A stretch of DNA of 35,804 nt, from positions 1 through 35,804 of the forward strand of contig JAGGZG010000239.1 in assembly GCA_021162125.1 (NCBI GenBank), in the 5' to 3' direction. The notes beneath the pieces were generated by a model that saw only the letters and a program-made list of their open reading frames with translations, searched no databases and was not told the origin of the DNA. This DNA is from Anaerolineae bacterium (GTDB lineage Bacteria > Chloroflexota > Anaerolineae > JACIWR01). Below, piece by piece: positions 1-8,402 of the stretch; the first letter of the stretch is position 1, and each line of letters starts with the position of its first letter. The position numbers and the translations under genes were made by a program.

Positions 1-227
1 ACCAGGTCGCTGGCGCTTTTCACCTCGGCGTCCTTCTCGAAGCGGGTTTTGATTTTGGTCCACAGGGCCTGGGCCTGCTTCCAGGCCGCCTCGCCACCCA
101 GGTCGCCCAGTTTCTTGCCCAATCCTTTGGCCGCTTCTGTAGCCCCGGCCACCAAATATGGCAGGAATGGAGCCAGGTAAGAGACGACCAGGCGGGCCTG
201 TTCTGCCTGTCCGGCGTCGAGAGTCAT
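1..227 (-). CDS. Hypothetical helical protein, 3'-partial (runs off the window edge)
   Basis: ATG at 227-225 with GGAGGTGG RBS at 238-231; manually translated open frame MTLDAGQAEQARLVVSYLAPFLPYLVAGATEAAKGLGKKLGDLGGEAAWKQAQALWTKIK... Absent from the ORF track because it is truncated. Confidence 0.7.
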   Translation of the reverse strand, partial: MTLDAGQAEQARLVVSYLAPFLPYLVAGATEAAKGLGKKLGDLGGEAAWKQAQALWTKIKTRFEKDAEVKSASDL

Positions 228-319
228 GATCCACCTCCTCGGGTTGGCAGTGCTATCTGATTGACGAGCTTCTTGCTGGCGGGCTCCATAGGGAGACCAC
301 TGGCTTCCTGATGGCTAAC

Positions 320-481
320 GTAACTGCTCAGGCTACTTCTGTTAGCGATTGAAATCGCCTCTAGAGGGCTTGCAGCCGAGCGTCCACCTGCGTGGACAGG
401 CGCGTCCACGCAGGTGGACGCTCGGCTGCAAGCCCTCTAGAGGCGATTTCAATCGCTAACAGAAGTAGCCTGAGCAGTTAC
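320..481. repeat. Perfect palindrome (78-bp arms, 6-nt loop AGGCGC); MITE/REP-like element with GTAACTGCTCAG termini
   Basis: 320-397 is the exact reverse complement of 404-481; 382-481 recurs at 31791-31890 with one mismatch. Confidence 0.95.
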
Positions 482-508
482 AAATTGAAATTGAATGGGA
501 GATGTGTT

Positions 509-1372
509 ATGGGTTTTCTGCAGAGGCTGTTCGGTAGAAGGAAAGAGCCGCCGGCGGTGGAGGTTACCCCCTCGTTGGAAGAGGCCGGCGTTGGGAAAGG
601 GGTATCTTTCCTTGTGGGCCGAGCCAGTCACGTGGGCAAAGTGCGTGGACGCAACGAGGATGCGCTGTTCACCCTGGAGTCCACAATTTTGCAGGATGGA
701 GAATCTTTGCCATTCGGCTTATTCATAGTAGCTGACGGCATGGGCGGGCGCAAGGGCGGCCAGCTCGCCAGCTCTTTGACGACCCGCGTCGTCGCTGACT
801 GGATTGTGCGCGAGGTTTATTTGCCCTTCCTGATGGGTGAGGCTCAGGACGCCGGGCAGTGGCCGATCAACGAGGCTTTGGTTGAGGCTGTCACTACGGC
901 CAACGTTGCCGTGCACGAGGCCGCCCCGGAGGCGGGGACTACGTTGACTTGTGCGTTGTTGCTGGGGGCGAATGCTTACATCGCCCATGTGGGCGACAGC
1001 CGGGCCTACCTGGTCAACCGCACCAACATCCGGCGCATTACCAGGGACCACTCGTTGGTGGATCGCCTGATCGAGCTGGGACAAATCTCGCCAGAAGAGG
1101 CGCTGACCCATCCCCAACGAAACGTCCTCTACCGGGCCGTCGGCCAGGCGGGCACGTTAGAAGTGGATACTTATCTGCAATCTATGCCGGGGAATAGTCA
1201 CCTGTTGCTGTGCAGCGATGGATTGTGGTCTGTCGTTCCAGAGCAGGAGATTGTGGAGATTATCAATAATGCCCTGTCCCCACAGGTGGCCTGCCAAAGA
1301 TTGATCCAAGCCGCCAATGAACGCGGTGGCGAGGACAATATCACCGCCGTCCTGGTTGGCATTCGCGGTTAA
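509..1372 (+). CDS. PP2C-family Ser/Thr protein phosphatase (PrpC/Stp1-like)
   Basis: Motifs RGRNED, VADGMGG, GTT, HVGDSRAY, TRDHS, LCSDGLW, GGEDNIT. Start moved to ATG 509 because 392-508 of the predicted ORF is largely the palindrome. Confidence 0.93.
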   Translation: MGFLQRLFGRRKEPPAVEVTPSLEEAGVGKGVSFLVGRASHVGKVRGRNEDALFTLESTILQDGESLPFGLFIVADGMGGRKGGQLASSLTTRVVADWIVREVYLPFLMGEAQDAGQWPINEALVEAVTTANVAVHEAAPEAGTTLTCALLLGANAYIAHVGDSRAYLVNRTNIRRITRDHSLVDRLIELGQISPEEALTHPQRNVLYRAVGQAGTLEVDTYLQSMPGNSHLLLCSDGLWSVVPEQEIVEIINNALSPQVACQRLIQAANERGGEDNITAVLVGIRG

Positions 1373-1436
1373 GCGCCAATTTCCTCTCAGGAGATACGGT
1401 GTCTGTTGGTAACGCAGGGGAGAGGGAGAGCAAGTG

Positions 1437-2915
1437 ATGAGAGTAGAGGCAGACTACTACGCCATTCTCGGCGTCAGCCAGTCGGCCACACCACAGGAAA
1501 TTAAGAGCGCGTATCGCGCCTTGGTTCGGCGTTTGCATCCTGACGTTGGCCAGAATGCCGTGATGCCGGAGCAGTTTCATCGCGTGCAGGAGGCCTACGA
1601 AATCCTCAGCGACCCGGAGAAACGGGCAGCCTATGACCGCCGGCGTGCCGAGGAGGGACTGGTCAAGGAACCGGCGATAAGTCTGCAAGTGATGCTAAGT
1701 CACCGTAGCCTGCCCTGCCTGAACGAGGACCAGGTACTCTACGCCCTGCTGGAAATAGCTCCTAGCCCCCACATCGAGGTCCGACGACCACCCCTCAACC
1801 TGTGCCTGGTTCTGGATCGAAGTACGTCTATGCAGGGCCTGCGTCTGCAACGGGTGAAAGAGGCCACCAACTATATCATTGATTACCTCGACGATGACGA
1901 TACTCTTTCGCTGGTCACTTTCAGCGACCGGGCCGAGGTGGTGCTGCCCGGACAATGTCTCGTAGACCGTGTCCGGGCCAAAGCGCAGGTGAGTGCCATC
2001 CGCAGTTCTGGTGGCACCGAGATTTTCCAGGGCTTGCAAGCGGGTCTGCGTGAGCTGGAGCGTGTGCGAGGCTCTAATACGGTGAATCATCTTATTCTGC
2101 TGACCGATGGGCAGACTTACGGGGACGAGGACAAATGTCTCCTGGCTGCAGACCGTGCCAGCCGGCATCAAATTGGCATTAGCACGATGGGCATTGGCCA
2201 GGATTGGAATGATAAACTGCTGGATGAGATCGCCCTGCGCAGCGGGGGCACCTCGGCTTACATTGATTCCGCAGCCAAGGTGACCAGCTTCTTCCGCGAC
2301 AAGATTCACAGTCTGGTCAACGTGTTTGCCCGCGAGGTTCGGTACACCTTGCTCCTGGGCGATGGAGTCCGGCTCAAGGATTCCTTTCGAGTGTCACCAT
2401 ACCTCACCCGCCTTCAGGAACGCGAAGGGGGATTCTACCTGGGACAGCTTAATGCGGATAAGCCCACTGTGGTTCTGCTGGAGTTCATTATCGCCCCCCG
2501 GCCACCGGGCTTGCTGCAACTGTTTCAGGTTGAGTTGGTTGGCGACGTGCCGATCCTGGGTCGCCGAAGCGAGCGTATTAGACGTGAGGTTGACGTGCAC
2601 TTCGCCTCGACCCGCGAGCTCGAAGAGGCTGTGCCGCCACGGATAGTCAGCGCATTGGGTAAGCTGGCCATTTTTAAGATGCAGGAAAAAACGATGGAGG
2701 AATTAGATCGCGGGCAGGTGGAGCAGGCCAGCCAGCGCCTGGAGACTATGGCCACCAGGTTGCTGAACATTGGCGAGCTGGAATTGGCTAAAGCAGCCCT
2801 TCTTGAGGCGGGCCGCTTGTCTCGCACCGGGCATCTATCGCCCGAGGGCCGGAAGAAAATCCGCTACGGCACACGCAGTCTGTCCTTACTGCCAAAGGAG
2901 GTCCGTGGTGATTAA
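1437..2915 (+). CDS. J-domain (DnaJ) + von Willebrand A domain protein
   Basis: N-terminal DYYAILGV...HPD J-domain; VWA MIDAS motif DRSTSM (DxSxS), GGT and LTDG; helical C-terminus. Confidence 0.9.
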   Translation: MRVEADYYAILGVSQSATPQEIKSAYRALVRRLHPDVGQNAVMPEQFHRVQEAYEILSDPEKRAAYDRRRAEEGLVKEPAISLQVMLSHRSLPCLNEDQVLYALLEIAPSPHIEVRRPPLNLCLVLDRSTSMQGLRLQRVKEATNYIIDYLDDDDTLSLVTFSDRAEVVLPGQCLVDRVRAKAQVSAIRSSGGTEIFQGLQAGLRELERVRGSNTVNHLILLTDGQTYGDEDKCLLAADRASRHQIGISTMGIGQDWNDKLLDEIALRSGGTSAYIDSAAKVTSFFRDKIHSLVNVFAREVRYTLLLGDGVRLKDSFRVSPYLTRLQEREGGFYLGQLNADKPTVVLLEFIIAPRPPGLLQLFQVELVGDVPILGRRSERIRREVDVHFASTRELEEAVPPRIVSALGKLAIFKMQEKTMEELDRGQVEQASQRLETMATRLLNIGELELAKAALLEAGRLSRTGHLSPEGRKKIRYGTRSLSLLPKEVRGD

Positions 2916-3417
2916 ATGTCCCTCCTGTCAAAAACGGCATCCTGCTAATACGCTCTTTTGCGATGAGTGCGGAGCGTACCTGGCTGGTGAGAAGGATAAA
3001 CACACCGATCCGCTGGCGATGGGGAACGTGGATTGGATGGAGGAGAACCAGCAGGAGACCCCCGGTCTTTCGCACCTCAATGCCGACAGCCCTCTGACAC
3101 TGAAGCTGACCGTTCGCGATAGTGGCCGGATTATCGAGTTCCCTCTGACTAAGGAGATCAGCATTGGGCGGCTGGATGCCGCCAGCGCCACCTTCCCGGA
3201 CGTTGATCTGACCGTGGACGGTGGCCTGGAAAAGGGAGTATCCCGCCGCCACGCGCGCATTACTCGGCAGGGGACAGACATTTTCATCGAGGATTTGGGA
3301 AGTGTCAACGGAACGTTCCTCAACGGCAAGCGGATCACCCCTTACCTGCCGCATTCCCTGCAGCCAGGGGACGAGGTACGGGTGGGCAGGCTGGTGTTGC
3401 GCGTGAGTATCGTATAG
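2908..3417 (+). CDS. Zinc-ribbon + FHA domain protein
   Basis: GTG 2908 after GGAGG, overlapping the upstream stop; CPSC...CDEC zinc ribbon; FHA motifs IGR, VSRRHA, DLGSVNGT. Confidence 0.9.
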   Translation: MIKCPSCQKRHPANTLFCDECGAYLAGEKDKHTDPLAMGNVDWMEENQQETPGLSHLNADSPLTLKLTVRDSGRIIEFPLTKEISIGRLDAASATFPDVDLTVDGGLEKGVSRRHARITRQGTDIFIEDLGSVNGTFLNGKRITPYLPHSLQPGDEVRVGRLVLRVSIV

Positions 3418-3466
3418 CTGGTCAATCAGTGCACATGCTGATGTTTAGCGCTTGAGGAGGTTATAG

Positions 3467-3712
3467 ATGGCCCATACTGTGATTGTGCACCTCGAGAATA
3501 CAGATCCATTCGTAGCCGAGGTGGATGAGCTTCCTGATCCTCAAGATCAGTTTCTCACTTGTACTAATCCCCGGCTGCGAGATGGAAAGCCCCTTCATTA
3601 CGTCACCGACGAGGCTGTATCGTTCATTTTCCCCTGGCATCGTGTCAGCTTCGTTGAGGTCATGCCTACTGAGGGAGAACGCGAGGAGGTAGAGGTCTTC
3701 TTCCGGGATTGA
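3467..3712 (+). CDS. Small acidic hypothetical protein (81 aa)
   Basis: Strong GAGGAGG RBS; co-oriented with its neighbours; protein-like composition. Confidence 0.75.
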   Translation: MAHTVIVHLENTDPFVAEVDELPDPQDQFLTCTNPRLRDGKPLHYVTDEAVSFIFPWHRVSFVEVMPTEGEREEVEVFFRD

Positions 3713-3819
3713 TTCCCCGGGACATCGGGTGATTGGCCAAGTGGCGAGCAAAGTTCCCATCCCCGGTGATGGGGGGACGCCGGACGCGCGTCACAGGCTG
3801 TGCTGCGAAGGGAGCTTGG

Positions 3820-4557
3820 ATGGCGGTGGAAACAGCAGAGAAAAAGCTCATCCTGGTCGTGGACGACGAGCCGCGCATGATTCGCTTCATCCGCATGAAC
3901 CTTGAGCTGGAAGGGTACCGGGTGAGCGAGGCGCTCAACGGGCTGGAGGCTCTGGAGAAGGTGCGTGACGAGTTGCCCGACCTGGTGGTGCTCGACGTGA
4001 TGATGCCCCACATGGACGGTTTCGAGACCCTGGAGCGCATCCGCGAGATCTCCACCGTGCCGGTCATTATGCTCACCGTCAAGGCCGAGGAGGAGGACAA
4101 GATCCGTGGGTTGGAGCTGGGGGCAGACGATTACGTGGTCAAACCCTTCTCTCCTCGTGAACTATCCAGCCGCATCCGGGCGGTGCTGCGTCGGGCGGAG
4201 ATGCCCACGCCGGTGGGCAGGACGACTGTCAAGGTAGACGATTATCTAACCATTGACTTCCAGCATCACGAGGTGATCGTGGGCGGCAAACCGGTGAAAC
4301 TGCGACCGACGGAGTATCGTCTGCTGTATCACCTGGTGAACAACGCCGGGTGGGTTATGCCCCACGAGACCCTGCTTTCTAAAGTGTGGGGGCACGAATA
4401 TCGCGACGAAACCCATTACCTGCGTTTGTATATCACGTACCTGCGACAGAAGATCGAACCTGATCCCGCGCATCCCAAGTACATTCTCACCGAGCGTGGG
4501 GTGGGCTATCGTTTCGTGGATTTCAATCGTGGTCAGATGGCAGAGGCGCAGTCGTAG
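3820..4557 (+). CDS. OmpR/PhoB-family response regulator (KdpE-like)
   Basis: Receiver domain [21 protein letters not shown]; winged helix with TERGVGYRF; ATG 3820 after GGGAG. Confidence 0.93.
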   Translation: MAVETAEKKLILVVDDEPRMIRFIRMNLELEGYRVSEALNGLEALEKVRDELPDLVVLDVMMPHMDGFETLERIREISTVPVIMLTVKAEEEDKIRGLELGADDYVVKPFSPRELSSRIRAVLRRAEMPTPVGRTTVKVDDYLTIDFQHHEVIVGGKPVKLRPTEYRLLYHLVNNAGWVMPHETLLSKVWGHEYRDETHYLRLYITYLRQKIEPDPAHPKYILTERGVGYRFVDFNRGQMAEAQS

Positions 4558-4587
4558 GGCAGATCATACAGGGAGAGGGAATTCTGC

Positions 4588-5103
4588 ATGAAGCGCGCAC
4601 TCAAGATCGTGGTTACTGGCCCTTTTGGCGCGGGCAAGACGGCATTCATCCAGACCATCAGCCAGATTGACGTGGTGTCTACCGAGCGCAGGATCACCCG
4701 CCGCGCACCCGCCGGCAAGGAAGAGACGACGGTGGCCCTGGATTATGGCCGGGTGACTCTGGGCCGGACTACCCTCAGCCTGTTCGGCACTCCGGGGCAG
4801 AAGCGCTTTGATTTTATGTGGGAGATTCTCTCGAAAGAGATGGACGGCTTCGTCATGCTGGTGGACAGCACTGAGGCCAGGACGTTTCGCGAGGCCAAGC
4901 GATTGATTAGACTTTTCAGCCGTTACAATTCGGTGCCCTATGTGGTGGTAGCCAATAAGCAGGACCTGACCGGCGCGGCTTCGCCCACCGCGTTGCGCCG
5001 TGCTCTGAATTTGGATAGCAAGGTCACAGTGGTGCCCTGCATCGCCACTCGCAAACGGGAGGTGCGCTCTGCGTTGCAAGCTCTGGTGCAACTCATCCCC
5101 TAG
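4588..5103 (+). CDS. Small Ras-like GTPase (ATP_bind_1 / MglA-CvnD-related)
   Basis: P-loop GPFGAGKT, TTVALDYG, GTPGQKRF and NKQD (G4). Confidence 0.9.
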   Translation: MKRALKIVVTGPFGAGKTAFIQTISQIDVVSTERRITRRAPAGKEETTVALDYGRVTLGRTTLSLFGTPGQKRFDFMWEILSKEMDGFVMLVDSTEARTFREAKRLIRLFSRYNSVPYVVVANKQDLTGAASPTALRRALNLDSKVTVVPCIATRKREVRSALQALVQLIP

Positions 5104-5114
5104 TTTGGAAGAAG

Positions 5115-5354
5115 ATGTCTGACGATTCATCCATTACTCTGGTGACTGTCGGCCTGTTGAAGAAATACGTCGGCGACCAGGAGCGCCTGGGCGTGTCCGC
5201 CCAGGGCCGTACCGTGGCGGAGATTCTGGCCAAGCTCGGTATCCCCTCTGCTTTGGTAGCCATCGTTATGGTCGAGGGCCGGCAGGTTATGAAAGACTAC
5301 GTCCCACGGGCCGGGGATGTGGTCAAACTGATACCGCTCATGGGCGGCGGGTAG
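5115..5354 (+). CDS. MoaD/ThiS-family ubiquitin-like protein
   Basis: 79 aa with beta-grasp pattern TVAEILAKLGI...GDVVKLIP and C-terminal GGG. Confidence 0.85.
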   Translation: MSDDSSITLVTVGLLKKYVGDQERLGVSAQGRTVAEILAKLGIPSALVAIVMVEGRQVMKDYVPRAGDVVKLIPLMGGG

Positions 5355-5582
5355 GGGATTTGCATTGGCCGGTAAATCCTCAACGGCAACAACCCATTGT
5401 CACGTTTTTCATACACACTCGGTATAACATCGCATCGAGGGAGATGCCGGCGGACATGGACGTCGGGTCGGTGGTGAGCCTTAGGGCTATCAGGCATCCA
5501 CGGAGCGCGTAGACGGCTATCACCCGGTCGCCGTACACGCGCTCGTTTGTCGTAGTAGTCCGCCACAGAGGTTTTGATGAGC

Positions 5583-5620
5583 TGTCATTCTGAGGAGCGA
5601 AGCGCAGGCGAAGAATGACA
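5583..5620. repeat. Short REP-like inverted repeat TGTCATTCT...AGAATGACA
   Basis: 9-bp arms around a GAGGAGCGAAGCG core, upstream of the LKR gene. Confidence 0.6.
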
Positions 5621-5643
5621 ATCCCTTGTCGGAGGTGAGAGCT

Positions 5644-6954
5644 ATGAGTATTCGTATTGGAATCCGTCGAGAGGACAAGAGCCGCTGGGAGCGGCGGGTT
5701 CCCGTGATTCCCGAACATGCCAGGAAGCTAAGAGAAGAGCATGGCGTGGAGGTCTGGCTGCAACCCTCGGAGATCCGCGTGTTTTCGGAGGAGGAGTACG
5801 TCCGGGCGGGTGCCCGGGTGCAGGAAGACCTCTCCCCTTGTCCGGTTATCTTTGCCGTGAAGGAGATACCCCAGGATTTCTTTGAGCCAGGGAAGACCTA
5901 CGTGTTCTTCTCGCACACCATCAAAGGCCAGCCGTATAATATGCCTATGCTCAAGAGAATGCTGGAGCTGGGCTGCACACTGATTGACTACGAGAAAGTG
6001 ACGGACGAACGCGGTCGGCGTTTGATCTTCTTTGGCTGGCACGCCGGCCTGGCCGGGATGATTGATACTCTGTGGGCTTTGGGTCAGAGGTTGAACTGGG
6101 AGGGAATTCCCAACCCGTTCGCCGAAATTCGACAGACCTACCAGTACGAGAGTTTGGCCGAGGCCCAGAAGGACGTGGTCAGAGTGGGCGAGAAAATCGC
6201 AGCCGATGGCCTTCCCGAATCCATCACACCGCTGATCGTCGGCATCGCCGGGTATGGGAACGTCTCGCGGGGGGTGCAGGAGATACTCAGCCTTCTGCCC
6301 ACGCTGGAGATCGAGCCCGATGAGATCGAGGCGGTGAGCACGGGCGCGGACTATTCCCGGAATCACGTCTATAAGGTGGTGTTCAGGGAAGAACATATGG
6401 TGGAGCCCACCTCCCCGGCGGATCGCTTTGTTCTGCAGGATTACTACGATCACCCGGAGAAGTATCGCTCCGTGTTCGAGAAGTACGTGCCGTACTTGAC
6501 GGTGATAATGAACTGCATTTATTGGGAGAAGAAGTATCCCCGTCTGGTGACCAAAGCGTATCTCAAACGTTTGTACAGCGGTGAGGAGCCGCCCCGCTTG
6601 CGGGTGATCGGCGACGTGAGCTGTGACATCGAGGGGGCCATCGAGTGCACGCTGCACTGCACGGAACCCGATGAGCCTGTCTTCGTCTACGACCCCTTCG
6701 CAGATCGAGCCATCCCCGGGTGCGAAGGCAGGGGCCCGGTGGTGCTGGCGGTGGACATCCTGCCCAGTGAGTTGCCACGGGAATCGTCGGCCGATTTCAG
6801 CCGGGTGCTGCTCGACTACATCCCGGCCATCGCCAAGGCCGACTACTCCGTGCCCTTCGAGCAACTCGACCTCCCGCCGGAGATCAAACGCGCGGTTATC
6901 GCCCATCGCGGCGAGCTCACCCCGAACTACCGCTATCTGGAGAAGTTCTTGTGA
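5644..6954 (+). CDS. Stand-alone lysine-ketoglutarate reductase-like enzyme (AlaDh/PNT fold; LKR half of AASS)
   Basis: IGIRREDKSRWERR, FFSHTIKGQPYNM, LIDYE, GYGNVSRG, DVSCD and LPSELPRESS motifs match LKR domains; GGAGGTG RBS. Confidence 0.85.
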   Translation: MSIRIGIRREDKSRWERRVPVIPEHARKLREEHGVEVWLQPSEIRVFSEEEYVRAGARVQEDLSPCPVIFAVKEIPQDFFEPGKTYVFFSHTIKGQPYNMPMLKRMLELGCTLIDYEKVTDERGRRLIFFGWHAGLAGMIDTLWALGQRLNWEGIPNPFAEIRQTYQYESLAEAQKDVVRVGEKIAADGLPESITPLIVGIAGYGNVSRGVQEILSLLPTLEIEPDEIEAVSTGADYSRNHVYKVVFREEHMVEPTSPADRFVLQDYYDHPEKYRSVFEKYVPYLTVIMNCIYWEKKYPRLVTKAYLKRLYSGEEPPRLRVIGDVSCDIEGAIECTLHCTEPDEPVFVYDPFADRAIPGCEGRGPVVLAVDILPSELPRESSADFSRVLLDYIPAIAKADYSVPFEQLDLPPEIKRAVIAHRGELTPNYRYLEKFL

Positions 6955-7025
6955 ATCGGCAAGTCTGCGAATCTGCGGACGCTGTCTTGCCGATTTGCTG
7001 ATTTGCCGATTTGCTGATTTGCTGA
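6954..7025. repeat. 8-nt tandem repeat (TTGCYGAT)n with inverted partial copies
   Basis: About five TTGC[C/T]GAT units at 6987-7025, facing degenerate reverse units at 6954-6979. Confidence 0.8.
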
Positions 7026-7073
7026 AATTCTGTTTCCACGTGTCCAAAATCTTAATTGGAGGAGTGTACAACG

Positions 7074-8402
7074 ATGACAAAAAACGTTCTCGTTCTCGGT
7101 GCGGGCCTGGTGGCTGGGCCCCTGGTTAGGTATCTCATGGATCAGCCCGACTTTCGCGTGAAGGTGGCGAGCCGCACGCTCAGCAAAGCCGAAAGGCTCG
7201 TCGGCGACCATCCGCGCGGCGAGGCTCAGCAATTGGACGTGAACGATGAGGCAGCTCTGGAGGCGCTGATCCGCCAGGCCGATTTGGCGGTCAGCCTTTT
7301 GCCTTATGTGTATCACCCCCTGGTCGCCAGGCTGTGCGTCAAGCACGGGAAGAACATGGTGACGACTTCCTACGTCAAAGACGCGATGCGTGCCCTGGAT
7401 GGAGCGGCGAAGGAGGCCGGGGTCATCCTCCTGAACGAAATCGGCGTAGACCCCGGCATTGATCACATGACGGCGATGAGGGTGATTCACCGCGTGCAGG
7501 AGGGCGGTGGAGAAATCACCAGCTTCTCGTCGTATTGCGGCGGGTTGCCCGCGCCGGAGGCCAATACGAACCCCTTTGGCTACAAGTTCTCCTGGAGTCC
7601 CAAAGGCGTGTTGCTGGCCGGTAAAAATGCGGCCCGCTTTTTGAAAGATGGGCAGGTGATCAACATCCCCGGCGAGGAGTTATTCGATCACTACTGGACT
7701 GTGCCTATTGAGATCGAGGGGAAAGTGATCGACTTCGAGGGCTATCCTAACCGCGACAGCCTGCCGTACATGGAGACCTACGGCATCACCTCGGCGCGGA
7801 CCATGTTCCGGGGCACGCTGCGCAACGTTGGCTGGTGCGCTACTATGAAGAAGATCGCCGAACTGGGTCTGCTGGACGAGACGGAGCGTGACGACATCGC
7901 TGGGCTGACCTTTGCCCAGTTCACGGCGAAGCTCATCAATAGTACTGGCGATCTCCGGCGGGACCTGGCGGCTTACCTGCAAATTGACCCCGACTCGCGG
8001 GTGATGAGTAACCTGGAGTGGCTGGGCCTGCTGAGCGACGATCCGCTGCCGTTGCAGAAAGGCGCACCGATAGACATCCTCACTGCACGCATGCTGGAGA
8101 AGATGCGGTACGCGCCCGGCGAGAGGGACATGCTGATCCTGCGGCACGAGTTCATCGCTGAGTATCCGGATCGCACGGAGAAAATCGTATCCACGATGAT
8201 AGATTTTGGGATTCCCTACGGTGATACTTCGATGTCGCGCACGGTGGGACTACCAGCGGCGATTGGCGCTCGGCTGATCCTGGAGGGCGTGATCAACCTG
8301 ACCGGAGTGCAGATTCCGGTCGTCCCCGAAATCTACGAGCCGGTTCTGCAAGAGCTCGAACGGTTGGGGATTACTTTTACAGAGAGCAAGGAAGTGCTTT
8401 GA
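7074..8402 (+). CDS. Saccharopine dehydrogenase (glutamate-forming type; SDH half of AASS / Lys9-like)
   Basis: Rossmann [56 protein letters not shown]. Confidence 0.92.
   Translation: MTKNVLVLGAGLVAGPLVRYLMDQPDFRVKVASRTLSKAERLVGDHPRGEAQQLDVNDEAALEALIRQADLAVSLLPYVYHPLVARLCVKHGKNMVTTSYVKDAMRALDGAAKEAGVILLNEIGVDPGIDHMTAMRVIHRVQEGGGEITSFSSYCGGLPAPEANTNPFGYKFSWSPKGVLLAGKNAARFLKDGQVINIPGEELFDHYWTVPIEIEGKVIDFEGYPNRDSLPYMETYGITSARTMFRGTLRNVGWCATMKKIAELGLLDETERDDIAGLTFAQFTAKLINSTGDLRRDLAAYLQIDPDSRVMSNLEWLGLLSDDPLPLQKGAPIDILTARMLEKMRYAPGERDMLILRHEFIAEYPDRTEKIVSTMIDFGIPYGDTSMSRTVGLPAAIGARLILEGVINLTGVQIPVVPEIYEPVLQELERLGITFTESKEVL

Noticed and set aside
224-508. ORF 224..409(-), the N-terminal extension of 392..1372, and similar ORFs at 31680..31880 and 31863..32201 sharing VHAGG…
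   Set aside because: The shared peptide is simply the translation of the palindromic repeat, not a protein family.
5430-5640. Canonical lysine riboswitch upstream of LKR
   Set aside because: The diagnostic AGAGGUGC / AGUA / AAAGG / GCCGAA order is not recognisable; kept only as an unclassified structured leader.
6954-7025. CRISPR array
   Set aside because: Units are 8 nt with no unique spacers; no cas genes and no regularly spaced 25-40-nt repeats anywhere in the window.
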